The translations under genes and the position numbers were made by a program. The notes below the pieces were generated by a model. It was not told where the DNA came from and searched no databases. It saw only the letters and a program-made list of their open reading frames with translations. 64,000 bases of DNA from contig CAVZMI010000020.1 of NCBI GenBank assembly GCA_963776275.1, positions 32,001 to 96,000 of the forward strand. Reading direction: 5' to 3'. The stretch comes from Ignavibacteriota bacterium (lineage in GTDB: Bacteria > Bacteroidota > Ignavibacteria > UBA10030 > CAVZMI01). Below are positions 44,158 through 54,824 of this stretch, in pieces (position 1 is the stretch's first letter; every line of letters starts with the position of its first letter).

Positions 44158-45120
44158 ATGTACAGGCCACAGATCACGGTCATTGATTGTACTATCCGCG
44201 ACGGCGGATTGATGAATAAATCCCAGTTCACGCTGGATTGCGTCCAGGCAGTTTACAAAGCCGCCTGTGAAGCAGGAATCCATATCGTGGAGTTGGGTTA
44301 CCGCAACAGCAGAAAAATGTTCGATCCGGCGGAATACGGCGCCTGGCGTTTCTGCGACGACGAGATGATTAAAAAGGTCGTGGGAGATAAAAAGTACCAA
44401 GACACAAAGATTGCAGTCATGATGGACGCTCATAAAAGTACCACCGATGATCTCCTCCCAAGGGATAAGAGTCTCGTGGATGTAATCCGGTGCGCAACGT
44501 ACGTGAAAGACATCGACAAATGTATCAAGATCGTCAACGACGCAAATGCGAAAGGGTATGAGACCACCATCAACATTATGTCCATATCCGCCGCACCGGA
44601 GAGGGAGCTTAACGAGGTACTTCAACAAATTAAGGAAGAGACCAAGATCAAGGCTTGCTATATCGTGGATAGTTACGGTAATTTGTATTCCGAAGATATT
44701 GATTACTTCGTCTCGAAATACCAGAAGTTCATGCCCGGCATCGAGGTCGGAGTCCATATGCACAACAACCAGCAACTCGCGTTCGCGAATACAATTGAGG
44801 GCATCATCCGTGGTGCAAATTATCTGGACGGAACTCTCTACGGTTTGGGGCGAGGTGCCGGTAATTGCTGTCTGGAGCTTCTGCTTGGATTCCTGAAAAA
44901 TCCCAAGTTCAATATACGGCCGATCCTTGATGTCATCGCGACCACTATTCTTCCACTGCAGAAGGGAATCTCCTGGGGCTATTCTGTCCCCTACATGATA
45001 ACAGGCATCATGAACAGGCATCCCGAGGAGGCCATCAAGCATATGGCGCTTCCTGAGAATGACCCGGCAAAATATAATTTTCGAGCCTTCTTTGAAAAAA
45101 TGCTGGATCAGGGACAATAG
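44158..45120 (+). CDS. DRE-TIM metallolyase, 4-hydroxy-2-oxovalerate aldolase-like
   Basis: DCTIRDGG, VDSYG, HMHNNQQLAFANT, GRGAGN. Confidence 0.85.
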   Translation: MYRPQITVIDCTIRDGGLMNKSQFTLDCVQAVYKAACEAGIHIVELGYRNSRKMFDPAEYGAWRFCDDEMIKKVVGDKKYQDTKIAVMMDAHKSTTDDLLPRDKSLVDVIRCATYVKDIDKCIKIVNDANAKGYETTINIMSISAAPERELNEVLQQIKEETKIKACYIVDSYGNLYSEDIDYFVSKYQKFMPGIEVGVHMHNNQQLAFANTIEGIIRGANYLDGTLYGLGRGAGNCCLELLLGFLKNPKFNIRPILDVIATTILPLQKGISWGYSVPYMITGIMNRHPEEAIKHMALPENDPAKYNFRAFFEKMLDQGQ

Positions 45121-45303
45121 ACATCGTTAAAAATGGAAAAAAAGAATTAGACATATCAGCGGACAGCAAATCGATAGCTAATCTTGCCTCAGACTGCCGT
45201 TGTTTATTGGTTTTAGATTTCGTACCATTCATTTGTACTCCCAAACTGCACCCGGAGATCGAGGCTGAATTAAATTACATAGAAAATAACTAAAGGAGGC
45301 TTT

Positions 45304-46347
45304 ATGAAATGGATCAATGCTTGTTTGATATTTTTAGCTATAGGAACGGTCATTTTCTTCATGGGATGTAAGAAGGGCAGCGAAAGCAGTCCGGTTTCCT
45401 ATATCGACGGGTATACTGTCGACCTTACTGAAGGGAAAGGAACTACCTACACCGGCGATTTTTTCCCCATACGCGAAGGCTACATTTGCAATTATTCCGG
45501 CTCTGCAAAAGTATACGTTAAGATGGTGATTCCGGGGTATAATCCTATTGAGAATACTTCGGATGCGCCGGCAGTCGGCATGCTCAAGGTTCTTGCCCTG
45601 AGAAATATCCCTCTACCGAGTGGGACGATACCGCTCTACCCCATTGTCGATATGACAGACATGTCGGGACAGGTAGTGAATGACACCAGCCGTTTCTTCA
45701 TGAAAGACACGCAGGCTGTATATGTCAAGGCACTGAGATTAAGCAACGGAGAGTATATGGAAGTGAGTAATCCCCTTTATATAAAATCTCGTCTTGTTGT
45801 CGGTGATTCTTGGGAAACAGCTCCCCGGTTGGATATGACAAAACTTATTGCAAGTGAAACCGGCGATAATGGAACCATATCAAATGTCACTCTCGATGCG
45901 AGAGCAAAATTCTTTGTTGTCGGCAAGGAAAATATTTCTCTGCCGATCGGAACACGTAATGCAATGAGAATGGAACAGGCAAACGATATTTCTATGACCG
46001 GTACGATTATCTCGGAAGGTACGACAATCGACATGAATATGACCGCACAATTGGCAACCGTATACCATCTGATTCCAGACACAGGCATTGTACACCAGAA
46101 TACAACCGGCCCACTAGAGATGAAGTTGACCGCAGAAGGACAGACCGTCACCGTCACAATCAATATCAATCAGTGCGAGCTGAAGCTCACGGGGCTGGGC
46201 GGAGACCTCAACGCCAATATCTATTCAGGTCTCGGTAAGAGTACAATTTCTAAGGGATTGCCGTCATTCAATACACCGATCCAAGAGAAGTTGTGGAAAA
46301 TATCTCAGGCGATTGCACGGACGCTAACGAAGAATCTGAGTCTATAG
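45304..46347 (+). CDS. Hypothetical lipoprotein
   Basis: Lipobox FMGC; RBS AAGGAGG. Confidence 0.75.
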   Translation: MKWINACLIFLAIGTVIFFMGCKKGSESSPVSYIDGYTVDLTEGKGTTYTGDFFPIREGYICNYSGSAKVYVKMVIPGYNPIENTSDAPAVGMLKVLALRNIPLPSGTIPLYPIVDMTDMSGQVVNDTSRFFMKDTQAVYVKALRLSNGEYMEVSNPLYIKSRLVVGDSWETAPRLDMTKLIASETGDNGTISNVTLDARAKFFVVGKENISLPIGTRNAMRMEQANDISMTGTIISEGTTIDMNMTAQLATVYHLIPDTGIVHQNTTGPLEMKLTAEGQTVTVTININQCELKLTGLGGDLNANIYSGLGKSTISKGLPSFNTPIQEKLWKISQAIARTLTKNLSL

Positions 46348-46416
46348 AGGTCATCCCGGCACAGAACAGTCTTTGAACCATGATGGACACAATAATTATC
46401 ATAGAAAGAGAATATA

Positions 46417-47037
46417 ATGAATACACTCTCGATGACCGAGAACAAAGTCCTGATGTCACAGGCACGTGAATCACTCCGCGGTAAGTGGGGATTGGCGGTT
46501 GGAACGTTCGTCGTATATGTGGCCATAGCGATAGTAATTAATATTATTCCCTTCCTGGGAATAATTCTTTCGATCTTTATTATCAGTCCGCTGGTTTTCG
46601 GTATCACGATGTTTTCCTTAGCTATTTCCAGAAACCAGAATGCGGAATTCTCTCAACTTTTCAAAGGATTTGAAAAGTACGGCACATGCGTGGGTGCATA
46701 CCTGCTTCAATTCATTTTCGTTTTTCTCTGGACGCTGCTTCTTATTATTCCCGGGATCATCGCGGCGCTATCGTATGCTCTTACGTTTTTCATTATTATC
46801 GATAATAATTCCATCGTACCTCTGGAAGCAATCACGAAGAGTAAAGAAATGATGCGTGGTAACAAAGGGAAACTTTTTTGCTTATATTTTCGATTTTTGG
46901 GATGGGGCATACTGTGCATCTTTACGCTCGGTATAGGTATGTTATGGCTCGCTCCGTATATGATGGTAAGTGCTGCAAAATTTTATGATGATGTGAAAGC
47001 CCAGCAACCTGTTCCATTACAGGCGGCCGCCGGTTAA
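46417..47037 (+). CDS. DUF975 family membrane protein
   Basis: ARESLRGKWG, FLWTLLLIIPGII...SY, SKEMMRGNK, LWLAPY...FYDD. Confidence 0.88.
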   Translation: MNTLSMTENKVLMSQARESLRGKWGLAVGTFVVYVAIAIVINIIPFLGIILSIFIISPLVFGITMFSLAISRNQNAEFSQLFKGFEKYGTCVGAYLLQFIFVFLWTLLLIIPGIIAALSYALTFFIIIDNNSIVPLEAITKSKEMMRGNKGKLFCLYFRFLGWGILCIFTLGIGMLWLAPYMMVSAAKFYDDVKAQQPVPLQAAAG

Positions 47038-47162
47038 CGACTCGCTTTTAATTATGGTGAGCGTCTGTGTCGTCGTGATATCGGATCTTTCCGGAAAAGA
47101 ATTGGAAGCCGTTTTGACTACGTCCGGATATTCTAAAAATGTGGATATTGGAGTATCAATTG

Positions 47163-48212
47163 ATGAAACGGTTTTTCCGAAACATATTTCTTCTCCTCTT
47201 AACGTTCGCACTGTTGAACACGATGATTTACTCCACACAGCTGATCCCGGCCGATAATACATCAATACAATATTTTGGAAGATGGGATTTCTCCGATTCT
47301 CTTCACCCGAGGCACTCATGGCCGGGTGTCTATCTATTTGCGGAATTCACCGGAAAGCGCATCGGCGTTCGAATATCAGATCATATAAACTATTATAATG
47401 TTTATATCGACGGCAGACTTCATACTGTCCTTCACGGAAATAAAACTGGCGAGGCAGATTACATACTCGCCGATAGTCTTGAAGACACACATCACACATT
47501 TCTCCTGAGCAAACGCAACATTGCATTCGATGCTGTTTTCTCTTTATCGGGGTTGTTGCTTGACGACGGTGAAATACTCCTTCCGCCTCCACCGAAACCG
47601 ACGAGGAAAATTGAATTCATCGGAGATTCGTTCACTGCCGCCGAGAGTAACGAGGCGACCGTGCAACAATTGGCGTGGGAAGATCGATTTCCCGTAACGA
47701 ATATTGACAAGGGATTTGCACCGGTTATTGCCCGGCATTATAACGCACAATATCAAACTATCTGCCGGTCGGGCATCGGCATGGTGTGCGATTGGCAGGG
47801 AAAGACCGACCATACAATGCCGATGATATTCGACCGTACATTGATGGAGGTGCCGGAACCAAAATGGGATTTCTCACGATGGATTCCCGATCTCGTTGTA
47901 GTCTCCCTTGGCCTTAACGACTTCTCCGGACTCAAAGACAAGAATGGAAATGTGTCGGAAGAAAAGTCCGCATTCTTTCGAAAAGGGTATCATGATTTTT
48001 TAGCGACGTTACGTGCGGTTTACCCCGGCGTCAGAATACTTGCCGTCCCCCCTTTTCCCGAATGGACTCGCATGAACGTCCGGCAGGTCGTCGCTGAAGA
48101 AAAACAAAACGGCAAGAAAGACATCTCTTATGCGCAGTATGATGAATTCCCGGGCGGATATGTTGCCAATGGGCATCCGACCGTGGAAACACATCAGAAA
48201 ATGGCAAATTAA
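47163..48212 (+). CDS. CE2-like SGNH/GDSL acetyl esterase; homology appears to continue past the TAA at 48210 to 48260
   Basis: IQYFGRW, WPG, RKIEFIGDSFT, SGIG, LGLND, GHP. Confidence 0.82.
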   Translation: MKRFFRNIFLLLLTFALLNTMIYSTQLIPADNTSIQYFGRWDFSDSLHPRHSWPGVYLFAEFTGKRIGVRISDHINYYNVYIDGRLHTVLHGNKTGEADYILADSLEDTHHTFLLSKRNIAFDAVFSLSGLLLDDGEILLPPPPKPTRKIEFIGDSFTAAESNEATVQQLAWEDRFPVTNIDKGFAPVIARHYNAQYQTICRSGIGMVCDWQGKTDHTMPMIFDRTLMEVPEPKWDFSRWIPDLVVVSLGLNDFSGLKDKNGNVSEEKSAFFRKGYHDFLATLRAVYPGVRILAVPPFPEWTRMNVRQVVAEEKQNGKKDISYAQYDEFPGGYVANGHPTVETHQKMAN

Positions 48213-48441
48213 ATAATCACGGCTATCGATTCGTTGAACATTTTCCCCAATCAAAATTGATATTTCTATAACTTTTTATTATGCACAAATCGTAATAAGA
48301 GCGCGGGAGGCTGAAGCGTTTGCAGAACTGGCTTCAGCCCATGTGCTGTTTTGAAGAATTCATAGTGGCTGCAGGGAAAAAATAATACTTCGTGATCGAA
48401 ACAGCTGCCCGGCCGGAAGCAATCCCATAAATCGGGAGTTT

Positions 48442-49437
48442 TTGATGTTTAACAACTGGATCAATCCTTACGAAATAGGCCATCTTATCAGAAGGATCCG
48501 GCGCGAACCACAGGTTGTTTTAAAAATAATCACAAGGCTCCCATTTCCTAAATCTCGGAAAGTAAAGGCGACCTGGGCACACACCCAAAGCCCGCCGACA
48601 AACTGGTGGGATGTGCCCGCTGTCAGGAAACGTTGGAACCGCCTTATTTCGGGCGATAGCCAAATCGATAGTTATGAATACATGTGCCGGAAGTATTGGG
48701 CTCATAAAAAATCATTACGTGCTTTAGTCCTTGGATGCGGTGAAGGTTCAAGAGTACTGCGATGGGCTGAAACGCATAAATTTGATTGTATCGATGCGTA
48801 TGATCTCTCGGAAAGCCGAATCCAGAGCGCGGTTGATCTCGCCGGTAAAAAGGGATATGGTAATGTTATTAATTTTTATGTCGAAGACGTTTTTAAAATT
48901 AAGGCACCGGAAAATTTTTATAATGTGATAATATGCGAGGGATCCTTGCACCATTTCTCACCCCTCGATACAATCCTATCCAGGGTGAATTACTTTCTCA
49001 AACCCGACGGGGATTTTGTTGTCAATGAATTCGTAGGCCCGACACGATTTCAATGGACAAATAGGCAGATGGAAATTGTAAATGCACTTTTAGCAATTTT
49101 CCCGACCCAATATAAAACGTTATGGAACAGCCGCTACACCAAACTTGAGCTGATCAGGCCCGGCAAACTGAGTATGATTTTAAAAGATCCGTCAGAGGCG
49201 ATCGAATCATCAAGGATATTACCTCTTTTGAAAAATATTTTTAATGTGGTAGAAATTAAGGGATATGGTGGAACAATCCTGCATCTTTTACTTAGCGGTA
49301 TTGCTCATCATTTTTTATCATCCGATGCCGAAGGACAGCGCTTATTGGATATTTGTTTTGTCATTGAAGATATGTCGTTAGAAAGCGGAGAGATTCAAGA
49401 TGATTTCGTTTTTGCGGTCTGCAAAAAACGCTTATAG
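48442..49437 (+). CDS. Class I SAM-dependent methyltransferase
   Basis: LVLGCGEG motif I, YDLS, SLHH, LKPDG, NEFVGP, DPSEAI. Confidence 0.85.
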   Translation: MMFNNWINPYEIGHLIRRIRREPQVVLKIITRLPFPKSRKVKATWAHTQSPPTNWWDVPAVRKRWNRLISGDSQIDSYEYMCRKYWAHKKSLRALVLGCGEGSRVLRWAETHKFDCIDAYDLSESRIQSAVDLAGKKGYGNVINFYVEDVFKIKAPENFYNVIICEGSLHHFSPLDTILSRVNYFLKPDGDFVVNEFVGPTRFQWTNRQMEIVNALLAIFPTQYKTLWNSRYTKLELIRPGKLSMILKDPSEAIESSRILPLLKNIFNVVEIKGYGGTILHLLLSGIAHHFLSSDAEGQRLLDICFVIEDMSLESGEIQDDFVFAVCKKRL

Positions 49438-49516
49438 GTGGTGGAAGATCAATTTAATGGACTTAAATCAATGTCGGCGATCTAAACGGGATGAATAAAA
49501 GAAAGGAAATCCTGTC

Positions 49517-51319
49517 ATGGAAGTCTTTAACTCGGTTAAGCAGGGGGGCAAGGATCTGGTAAGTGTAAGAGCATACAAGGGGGATGCTACGACTTTATTG
49601 GCTTTTGACCTGGATCAGTCGCTGCTTGAAAACTTTGTGGGGTTCAGCGTACGTGTGACTCAGGGAAACCGGGAACCTTATCCCCTGACAAACAAGCTAT
49701 CCTTCGCGCCGGCGATTCTGAAAAAAAACGGAATTGACGACAGAGAAAAACTCAGCACGGTCTATTCTCCTTATCAGAAATTCAGATGGGTGCATGTGCC
49801 TTCTTCGGAACATTATATCGACAATCCATATTTTGGACCGTATACATACGAAGTAACGCCACGTTACCTGGTTAATGATATTTTGAAAGAACCGGACCCC
49901 AACCTCACCGTGAGTGTGACAATTGATGTGAGTCCTTTTCGCGACGGTGAAATTCAGGTGGGGTTTACACGCGCATTCATATCATCGCAGGCATACGCAT
50001 ACCACTTTGCGAACAACGGCAAGGTAAGGCCAAATAAAACGGATTTGATTTTCGATATCAAAAAAATCTCGGGTACGGCAAAACGATGGAATCCACAAAG
50101 CAAAAAGGAGGAAGACACACCATACACGTACGAGGAACAACACGAGTACCTCGGCTGGCAGGCACGCGACCGTGTGATGGAATTCCTGGATGAAACATTG
50201 AACAACAACGAGCTTAAGCTGGATGTGTTTGCTTTCGACCTGGATGAACCGGTCGTCGTTCAGAAACTTATTGAGCTGGCCAAACAGGGTCGCTTGCGCA
50301 TCATCCTTGATGATTCCAAAGATCATGTGAAAACAGGATGCTCCGAAGAACAGTTTCAGAAACTATTTGAAAAAGAATCTAAGGACGCCAATGCTATTGT
50401 CAGAGGACACTATCAAAGCCTCTCCCACAGTAAAGTGTTTATCCAGCGTTCCGTCGCCAACGCGGTGAAAGTTCTGACGGGCTCCACAAACTTTACGACG
50501 AACGGCATGTACATCAATGCCAACCATGTAATCATATTCAACAACAAAAATACCGCACAATTATATGCGGATGTATTTGATGCGTCGTTTAGCAAACAGC
50601 TGATGGGCGACTTTAATAAAACAAAATTTTCCAAGACCGATTTTCTTGTTGCAGAACAACAGCTGCCTGACATGACCATTCGTTTTTCACCTCATCCCAA
50701 AGCAGCGGCCGATAAATCTTTTGGTTCCATCAGTAAGCGAATAAAGGGGGCAAAAACCGACGTGCTGTTTGCGATTATGAACGACCGCAGTAAAAGCGAT
50801 ATACTCGATGCCGTACGTGAACAGGTAAAAAGTGATAAGGTTTTCACGTACGGTATAACAGATACCGCTACGGATGTAACATTATATAAACCAAACAGCA
50901 AGCGCGGTGTGCGGGTGGCGGGCAAAGGTACTGAAACCGCCCTGCCGCCTCCGTTTAATGCAGTCGCGAAAATACCTGGAATTAGTATCCATCACAAATT
51001 CATCGTGGTTGATTTTAAAGGAATGAACAGCGTCGTGTACTGCGGCTCGAGCAACCTTGCATATGGTCCCGAACAGAAAAATGGCGATAATCTCCTAGAG
51101 ATCCGGGATGAAGATGTAGTAACCGCGTTTGCCGTAGAAGCTATACGGCTGGTCGATCATTTCCACTGGCGCAATAAGAAAGAGAAAGCTAATAAGAAAA
51201 AAGAGCCTCTGTACCTTAACGATAACAAGGATCCGAAGAAGATTTGGTATAAGAGTTATTATAATAGTGACGACTTGCTGTACCTTGAACGCACCCTGCT
51301 CATTAATCCGAAAAAATAG
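49517..51319 (+). CDS. Phospholipase D-superfamily protein with two HKD motifs (nuclease or lipase)
   Basis: SHSKVFIQ...TGSTNFT (Asp replaced) and HHKFIVVD...CGSSNL; no signal peptide. Confidence 0.85.
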   Translation: MEVFNSVKQGGKDLVSVRAYKGDATTLLAFDLDQSLLENFVGFSVRVTQGNREPYPLTNKLSFAPAILKKNGIDDREKLSTVYSPYQKFRWVHVPSSEHYIDNPYFGPYTYEVTPRYLVNDILKEPDPNLTVSVTIDVSPFRDGEIQVGFTRAFISSQAYAYHFANNGKVRPNKTDLIFDIKKISGTAKRWNPQSKKEEDTPYTYEEQHEYLGWQARDRVMEFLDETLNNNELKLDVFAFDLDEPVVVQKLIELAKQGRLRIILDDSKDHVKTGCSEEQFQKLFEKESKDANAIVRGHYQSLSHSKVFIQRSVANAVKVLTGSTNFTTNGMYINANHVIIFNNKNTAQLYADVFDASFSKQLMGDFNKTKFSKTDFLVAEQQLPDMTIRFSPHPKAAADKSFGSISKRIKGAKTDVLFAIMNDRSKSDILDAVREQVKSDKVFTYGITDTATDVTLYKPNSKRGVRVAGKGTETALPPPFNAVAKIPGISIHHKFIVVDFKGMNSVVYCGSSNLAYGPEQKNGDNLLEIRDEDVVTAFAVEAIRLVDHFHWRNKKEKANKKKEPLYLNDNKDPKKIWYKSYYNSDDLLYLERTLLINPKK

Positions 51320-51373
51320 AGTAATCGGTGCAAGGATGTGAAGGTTTATCGTACTGTATAGGTATTTTAAGGA

Positions 51374-51480
51374 GGCTCTTCTCCCAACTGAGTGAGTAAA
51401 AAAGTGATAGTTAGAGCTCATATTTTAGGCATCTGGCTTCCTGTGTTAAACGTTACCGGTTACTTGAGAAAGAGAAGAAC
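51374..51480. ncRNA. Putative structured element, copy A (107-nt rod hairpin)
   Basis: Self-complementary ends CTCTTCTC/GAGAAGAA; homologous to 51647-51758. Confidence 0.5.
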
Positions 51481-51501
51481 AAATTAATATTTTACTTTTT
51501 C

Positions 51502-51638
51502 AATGTTGCCTCGACTCGCTTTCTAATATGCTTTCTATATCCGCTCGGCACCCTGGCTGTTGATAATTTAAAGTTTCAATAGCCAGTTCCCCGAGCGGAC
51601 TTAAACAGCTATTTCAACAGCTAGTCGAGGGGAACATT
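51502..51638. ncRNA. Putative structured element M (137-nt rod with central bubble)
   Basis: Nested stems AATGTT/AACATT, CCTCGACT/AGTCGAGG, TCCGCTCGG/CCGAGCGGA, CTGGCTGTTGA/TCAATAGCCAG. Confidence 0.55.
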
Positions 51639-51646
51639 ATTAAAAG

Positions 51647-51758
51647 GGCTCTTCTCCTAACTGAGTGAGTAAAAAAAGCGATAGTTAGAGCTCATATTTT
51701 AAGCAACCGGCTTCCAGTGCTAAATATAACCGTTACCCACTTGAGAAGGAGAAGAGCC
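51647..51758. ncRNA. Putative structured element, copy B (112-nt rod hairpin)
   Basis: Perfect 11-bp closing stem GGCTCTTCTCC/GGAGAAGAGCC; inner ATATTT/AAATAT and AGCA/TGCT stems. Confidence 0.5.
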
Positions 51759-51759
51759 T

Positions 51760-51798
51760 AAAAAAGAATCCCGCTCGTTTGAGCGGGATTCTTTTTTT
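51760..51798. terminator. Bidirectional intrinsic terminator
   Basis: AAAAAAGAATCCCGCTC-GTTT-GAGCGGGATTCTTTTTTT. Confidence 0.9.
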
Positions 51799-51827
51799 GG
51801 GAAAGCGATTGAATTCAATGGATCAGA

Positions 51828-54410
51828 TCAGGAATGTGACCGTTCCTCCTCTAATATCAAATGTGGCAGAGCCGGTTCGATAGGTGATCCCTCATGATCG
51901 ATCCTGAACTGTGTCGTAGCACCCTGTAATTCTGTGGCAATAGCAACCAGCGATGCGGCTACATTACCAACTTCAGCGGCCTGTGAAGAAACTTCGCCGG
52001 TAGTCGATGAGACTTGCTCCGTTGCCGACGAATTCTCCTCGCTGATAGCCGCCACGTTCTCAATAGTATCCATTGTTTTCTCAATATTCGCTGTTACGAC
52101 GGTCGTAGAAGAAAGGTTCTTCTTGATCACTGCAGAGACACGCTCAACGGCACTCGTGAGGTTGTTCATCACCTCTGAAACCGAGGCATTTGCTTTGACC
52201 ATGGCTTCGGCCTGTTGCTGCGTGGAAACGGCTGCATTAAGAAGCTGTTCCAAGGCCTGGCCGGAACCTGAAGCCAGAGTGCTTCCCTCCCGAACCCGCT
52301 GAATTGCTACTTCCATCGAACTGGTGGTACTTGTGATATTTTCCTGGACAGTACGGATGATTGTGGCAATTTCCTTGGTGGCGACTTCAGACTTCTCAGC
52401 CAGTTTACGAACTTCACTGGCGACAACGGCAAAGCCCCTTCCGTGCTCACCGGCACGAGCAGCTTCAATAGCCGCATTGAGTGCCAGAAGATTGGTCTGG
52501 GCAGCAATATCTTCGATGGTTATCAGGATATCGCCGATTCTCTGTGAGTAGGTATCCATCTGACCGATAGTGGTCGCAGAGTTGCCTACTGCCGTCTGTA
52601 TATTATTCATCTGCTGAAGCGTTTGACTTATTGCCTCCGCACCACGCTGGGCGAGATTAACAGACTGAGTGGCAGCGGCATTAACGTACTGTATGGATTG
52701 GGACGTTACCGTAATGACTTCGGAGATTTTATTTGCAGCAGTGAAAACGCTTTCCGTAGCCCGGGCCTGGTCTTTAGTTCCCTGTACGATGTCATCGACG
52801 GACTTGGCAATATTTTGAATACTGGTGTTGGCATGCGACACCGCAGCAGCTTCATTGTTTGCGGTTTTCGCTATTGTCTTTACCGTCTCGGCAATTTGTT
52901 GTGTGGCTTCGCTCGTTTGCCGGGCAACCGCAGCCAATTTCTGACTGACATTCATCAGTACATGAGCATGATCGGAGATCATTGCCATCATACCACGCAG
53001 ACTGTTCGGCTCACCATTAATAGTGGCCACAGGAACACCGGCAGACACGGCACGGTTAATGTACGGCACTAATTCACGATCAAATATGTCGGTTACTATA
53101 GCATTGTAACCCGATGCAACCAGTTTTTCAATCAATGGCTCGCGGAGCTTAACGTCGGCTCTTCTATTCGTTTCGGGAATCATCCATTCTGCCGTAGCGT
53201 TAAAAGACCGAAGTTCGGCGTTGGCGGCAAGTGCACCCGCACGCACAGGATCCCAGAAAGCGCTCTCATCACGTCCTAGTACAGCGATTCGTATAGGTTG
53301 TACGGCCCGCTTAAGCGGTTTGGCCCTCCGCTCAGAGATAGTTTCGGATTCTATGATACCGCGACCCGGCTGCCAGTATTGATGATAATTATCCTGAGTT
53401 ATGACATCCATCGTTGTCAGCAGACGGGGCGTTGTCGGACGCCAACCGGTGGCCAGATGATTAAACATATGAATAACAGAATCGTGACCTTGAGCAAATG
53501 GATCCTGATTCAGTGTGGCAGTGATGACACCGCGTGCCAGATATTGCATTGTTTCATCAACAAGATCGTGAGATATGATCTTTACACGTCCGGCTGCACC
53601 CGCTTTCTCCACAGCGCGAGCTACACCCGGAGGACTACCGCCCTCAGCAACGTAAATGCCGTCGAGGTGCGGATAGCGCTTCATGAAATCACGTACCAGA
53701 TCATATGCGGTTTCCGGATTGCCGTGAGTTTCTCCAACGTCGATGATTTGAATTCCCGGATATTTTTCATGGAGCATACTATCGAAACCTTTGCGCCTGA
53801 AAATAATCGAGATTTGCGTTAGCGTGTTACCCAACAAAACTACCTGTCCGTGACCGTTGAGCGCCTGCCCCATGGCCTCACCGCAAGTACGGCCCTCCAG
53901 GTAGGCGTCGGCACCGACATAGAACAAACGTTTGCACGGCTCGTCGGTTACAGAATTATAATCCTTTGCGGTCTCCTGAAGATTTATGATGGTGGTGTTA
54001 AACACCTCGATCAATTTATTTACATCGGAAGAAGCGCTTTCAGATACCGGTTGGGAGTGAAGTGTGATCTTCGAAGTCAGGTTGCCCTGTGCCAGGGCCG
54101 CCAGTGCATCCGAGAACGCAAGGCTATCTCTGGAAGAGAGTATTTCTCCCTCGGCTGTCAATTGAGCCAGTGGTCTGGTGATGGTACGCCGGATAAGCCA
54201 GAATAAGGCCAACACGACGACGGCGTCGCCCAATAAGCTCCAGAACAGAAGTGTGCGGGCGTTATGGAGTGCAGCAACCGATTCGGGCAGCAAATCAATT
54301 CTGTCGAGTCTTAAGTAGCCGATCGTACCGATAACAAGAAAAATTATGGCCACACCCAGACTGAAATGCACGCTCTTCTGTAAGATTTTCTTGATCAATT
54401 GATGAAACAA
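51828..54410 (-). CDS. Methyl-accepting chemotaxis protein with an inserted sugar-binding domain
   Basis: Two TM helices, HAMP (ITRPLAQL), [38 protein letters not shown]; TTG start with RBS AGGAGG. Confidence 0.92.
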   Translation of the reverse strand: MFHQLIKKILQKSVHFSLGVAIIFLVIGTIGYLRLDRIDLLPESVAALHNARTLLFWSLLGDAVVVLALFWLIRRTITRPLAQLTAEGEILSSRDSLAFSDALAALAQGNLTSKITLHSQPVSESASSDVNKLIEVFNTTIINLQETAKDYNSVTDEPCKRLFYVGADAYLEGRTCGEAMGQALNGHGQVVLLGNTLTQISIIFRRKGFDSMLHEKYPGIQIIDVGETHGNPETAYDLVRDFMKRYPHLDGIYVAEGGSPPGVARAVEKAGAAGRVKIISHDLVDETMQYLARGVITATLNQDPFAQGHDSVIHMFNHLATGWRPTTPRLLTTMDVITQDNYHQYWQPGRGIIESETISERRAKPLKRAVQPIRIAVLGRDESAFWDPVRAGALAANAELRSFNATAEWMIPETNRRADVKLREPLIEKLVASGYNAIVTDIFDRELVPYINRAVSAGVPVATINGEPNSLRGMMAMISDHAHVLMNVSQKLAAVARQTSEATQQIAETVKTIAKTANNEAAAVSHANTSIQNIAKSVDDIVQGTKDQARATESVFTAANKISEVITVTSQSIQYVNAAATQSVNLAQRGAEAISQTLQQMNNIQTAVGNSATTIGQMDTYSQRIGDILITIEDIAAQTNLLALNAAIEAARAGEHGRGFAVVASEVRKLAEKSEVATKEIATIIRTVQENITSTTSSMEVAIQRVREGSTLASGSGQALEQLLNAAVSTQQQAEAMVKANASVSEVMNNLTSAVERVSAVIKKNLSSTTVVTANIEKTMDTIENVAAISEENSSATEQVSSTTGEVSSQAAEVGNVAASLVAIATELQGATTQFRIDHEGSPIEPALPHLILEEERSHS

Positions 54411-54690
54411 GGTAGCCTCCTTTCTTACATTGTTCGCTTTTACCCTCATGGCAAAGCGATGCGGGTCTAAAAAAAAATCTTCTCCCCGCCGACACAGGAT
54501 ATTTTTCTCTACTGCACGCGCCCACCGGGACGTAGCACCTCTTAAAAGCTACGTTCATTTTATATTTTCATCCCCTGTATCGAAATCTATATTATAAAAT
54601 CTAGAAAACCGTTATCATCTGAATGGAAAATCGATATTCATTACCTTATTACAATTTACAATCCAATAGACACCATCTCAACCATAAATA

Positions 54691-54718
54691 TTATCGGCAT
54701 CGTCGACGGAATTCTTGA
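54691..54718 (-). promoter_or_regulatory. Sigma28 (FliA)-type promoter of the MCP gene
   Basis: TCAAG-N15-GCCGATAA; perfect -10 box, oriented toward the MCP. Confidence 0.65.
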
Positions 54719-54795
54719 GGGATTTGCCCTTATATTCCTGGTGCATCGCGGAAATTGGCGGACGAACAGAGTTCTTGGATTTTTGGCCATAATTA

Positions 54796-54824
54796 TTGCT
54801 TTTCAATTCGCAATTTCTTATACT
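54796..54824 (+). promoter_or_regulatory. Sigma70-type promoter upstream of the cassette-like block
   Basis: TTGCTT-N17-TATACT. Confidence 0.6.

Noticed and set aside
44122-45117. 331-aa antisense ORF over the aldolase gene
   Set aside because: Antisense shadow of the real gene with no recognisable motifs; the same applies to the many short overlapping ORFs in the track
48210-48260. Readthrough at the 3' end of the CE2 gene
   Set aside because: A single TAA (perhaps CAA) removing about 16 residues; cannot tell error from real mutation
51374-51758. CRISPR mini-array, tRNA, SRP RNA, Y RNA or attC interpretation of the hairpins
   Set aside because: Repeats exceed 100 nt; no cloverleaf, SRP helix-8 motif, Ro-binding bulged helix or RYYYAAC/GTTRRRY ends
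54450-54545. c-di-GMP riboswitch in the MCP leader
   Set aside because: GCAAA and GGGACG-like fragments are on the wrong strand and in the wrong order
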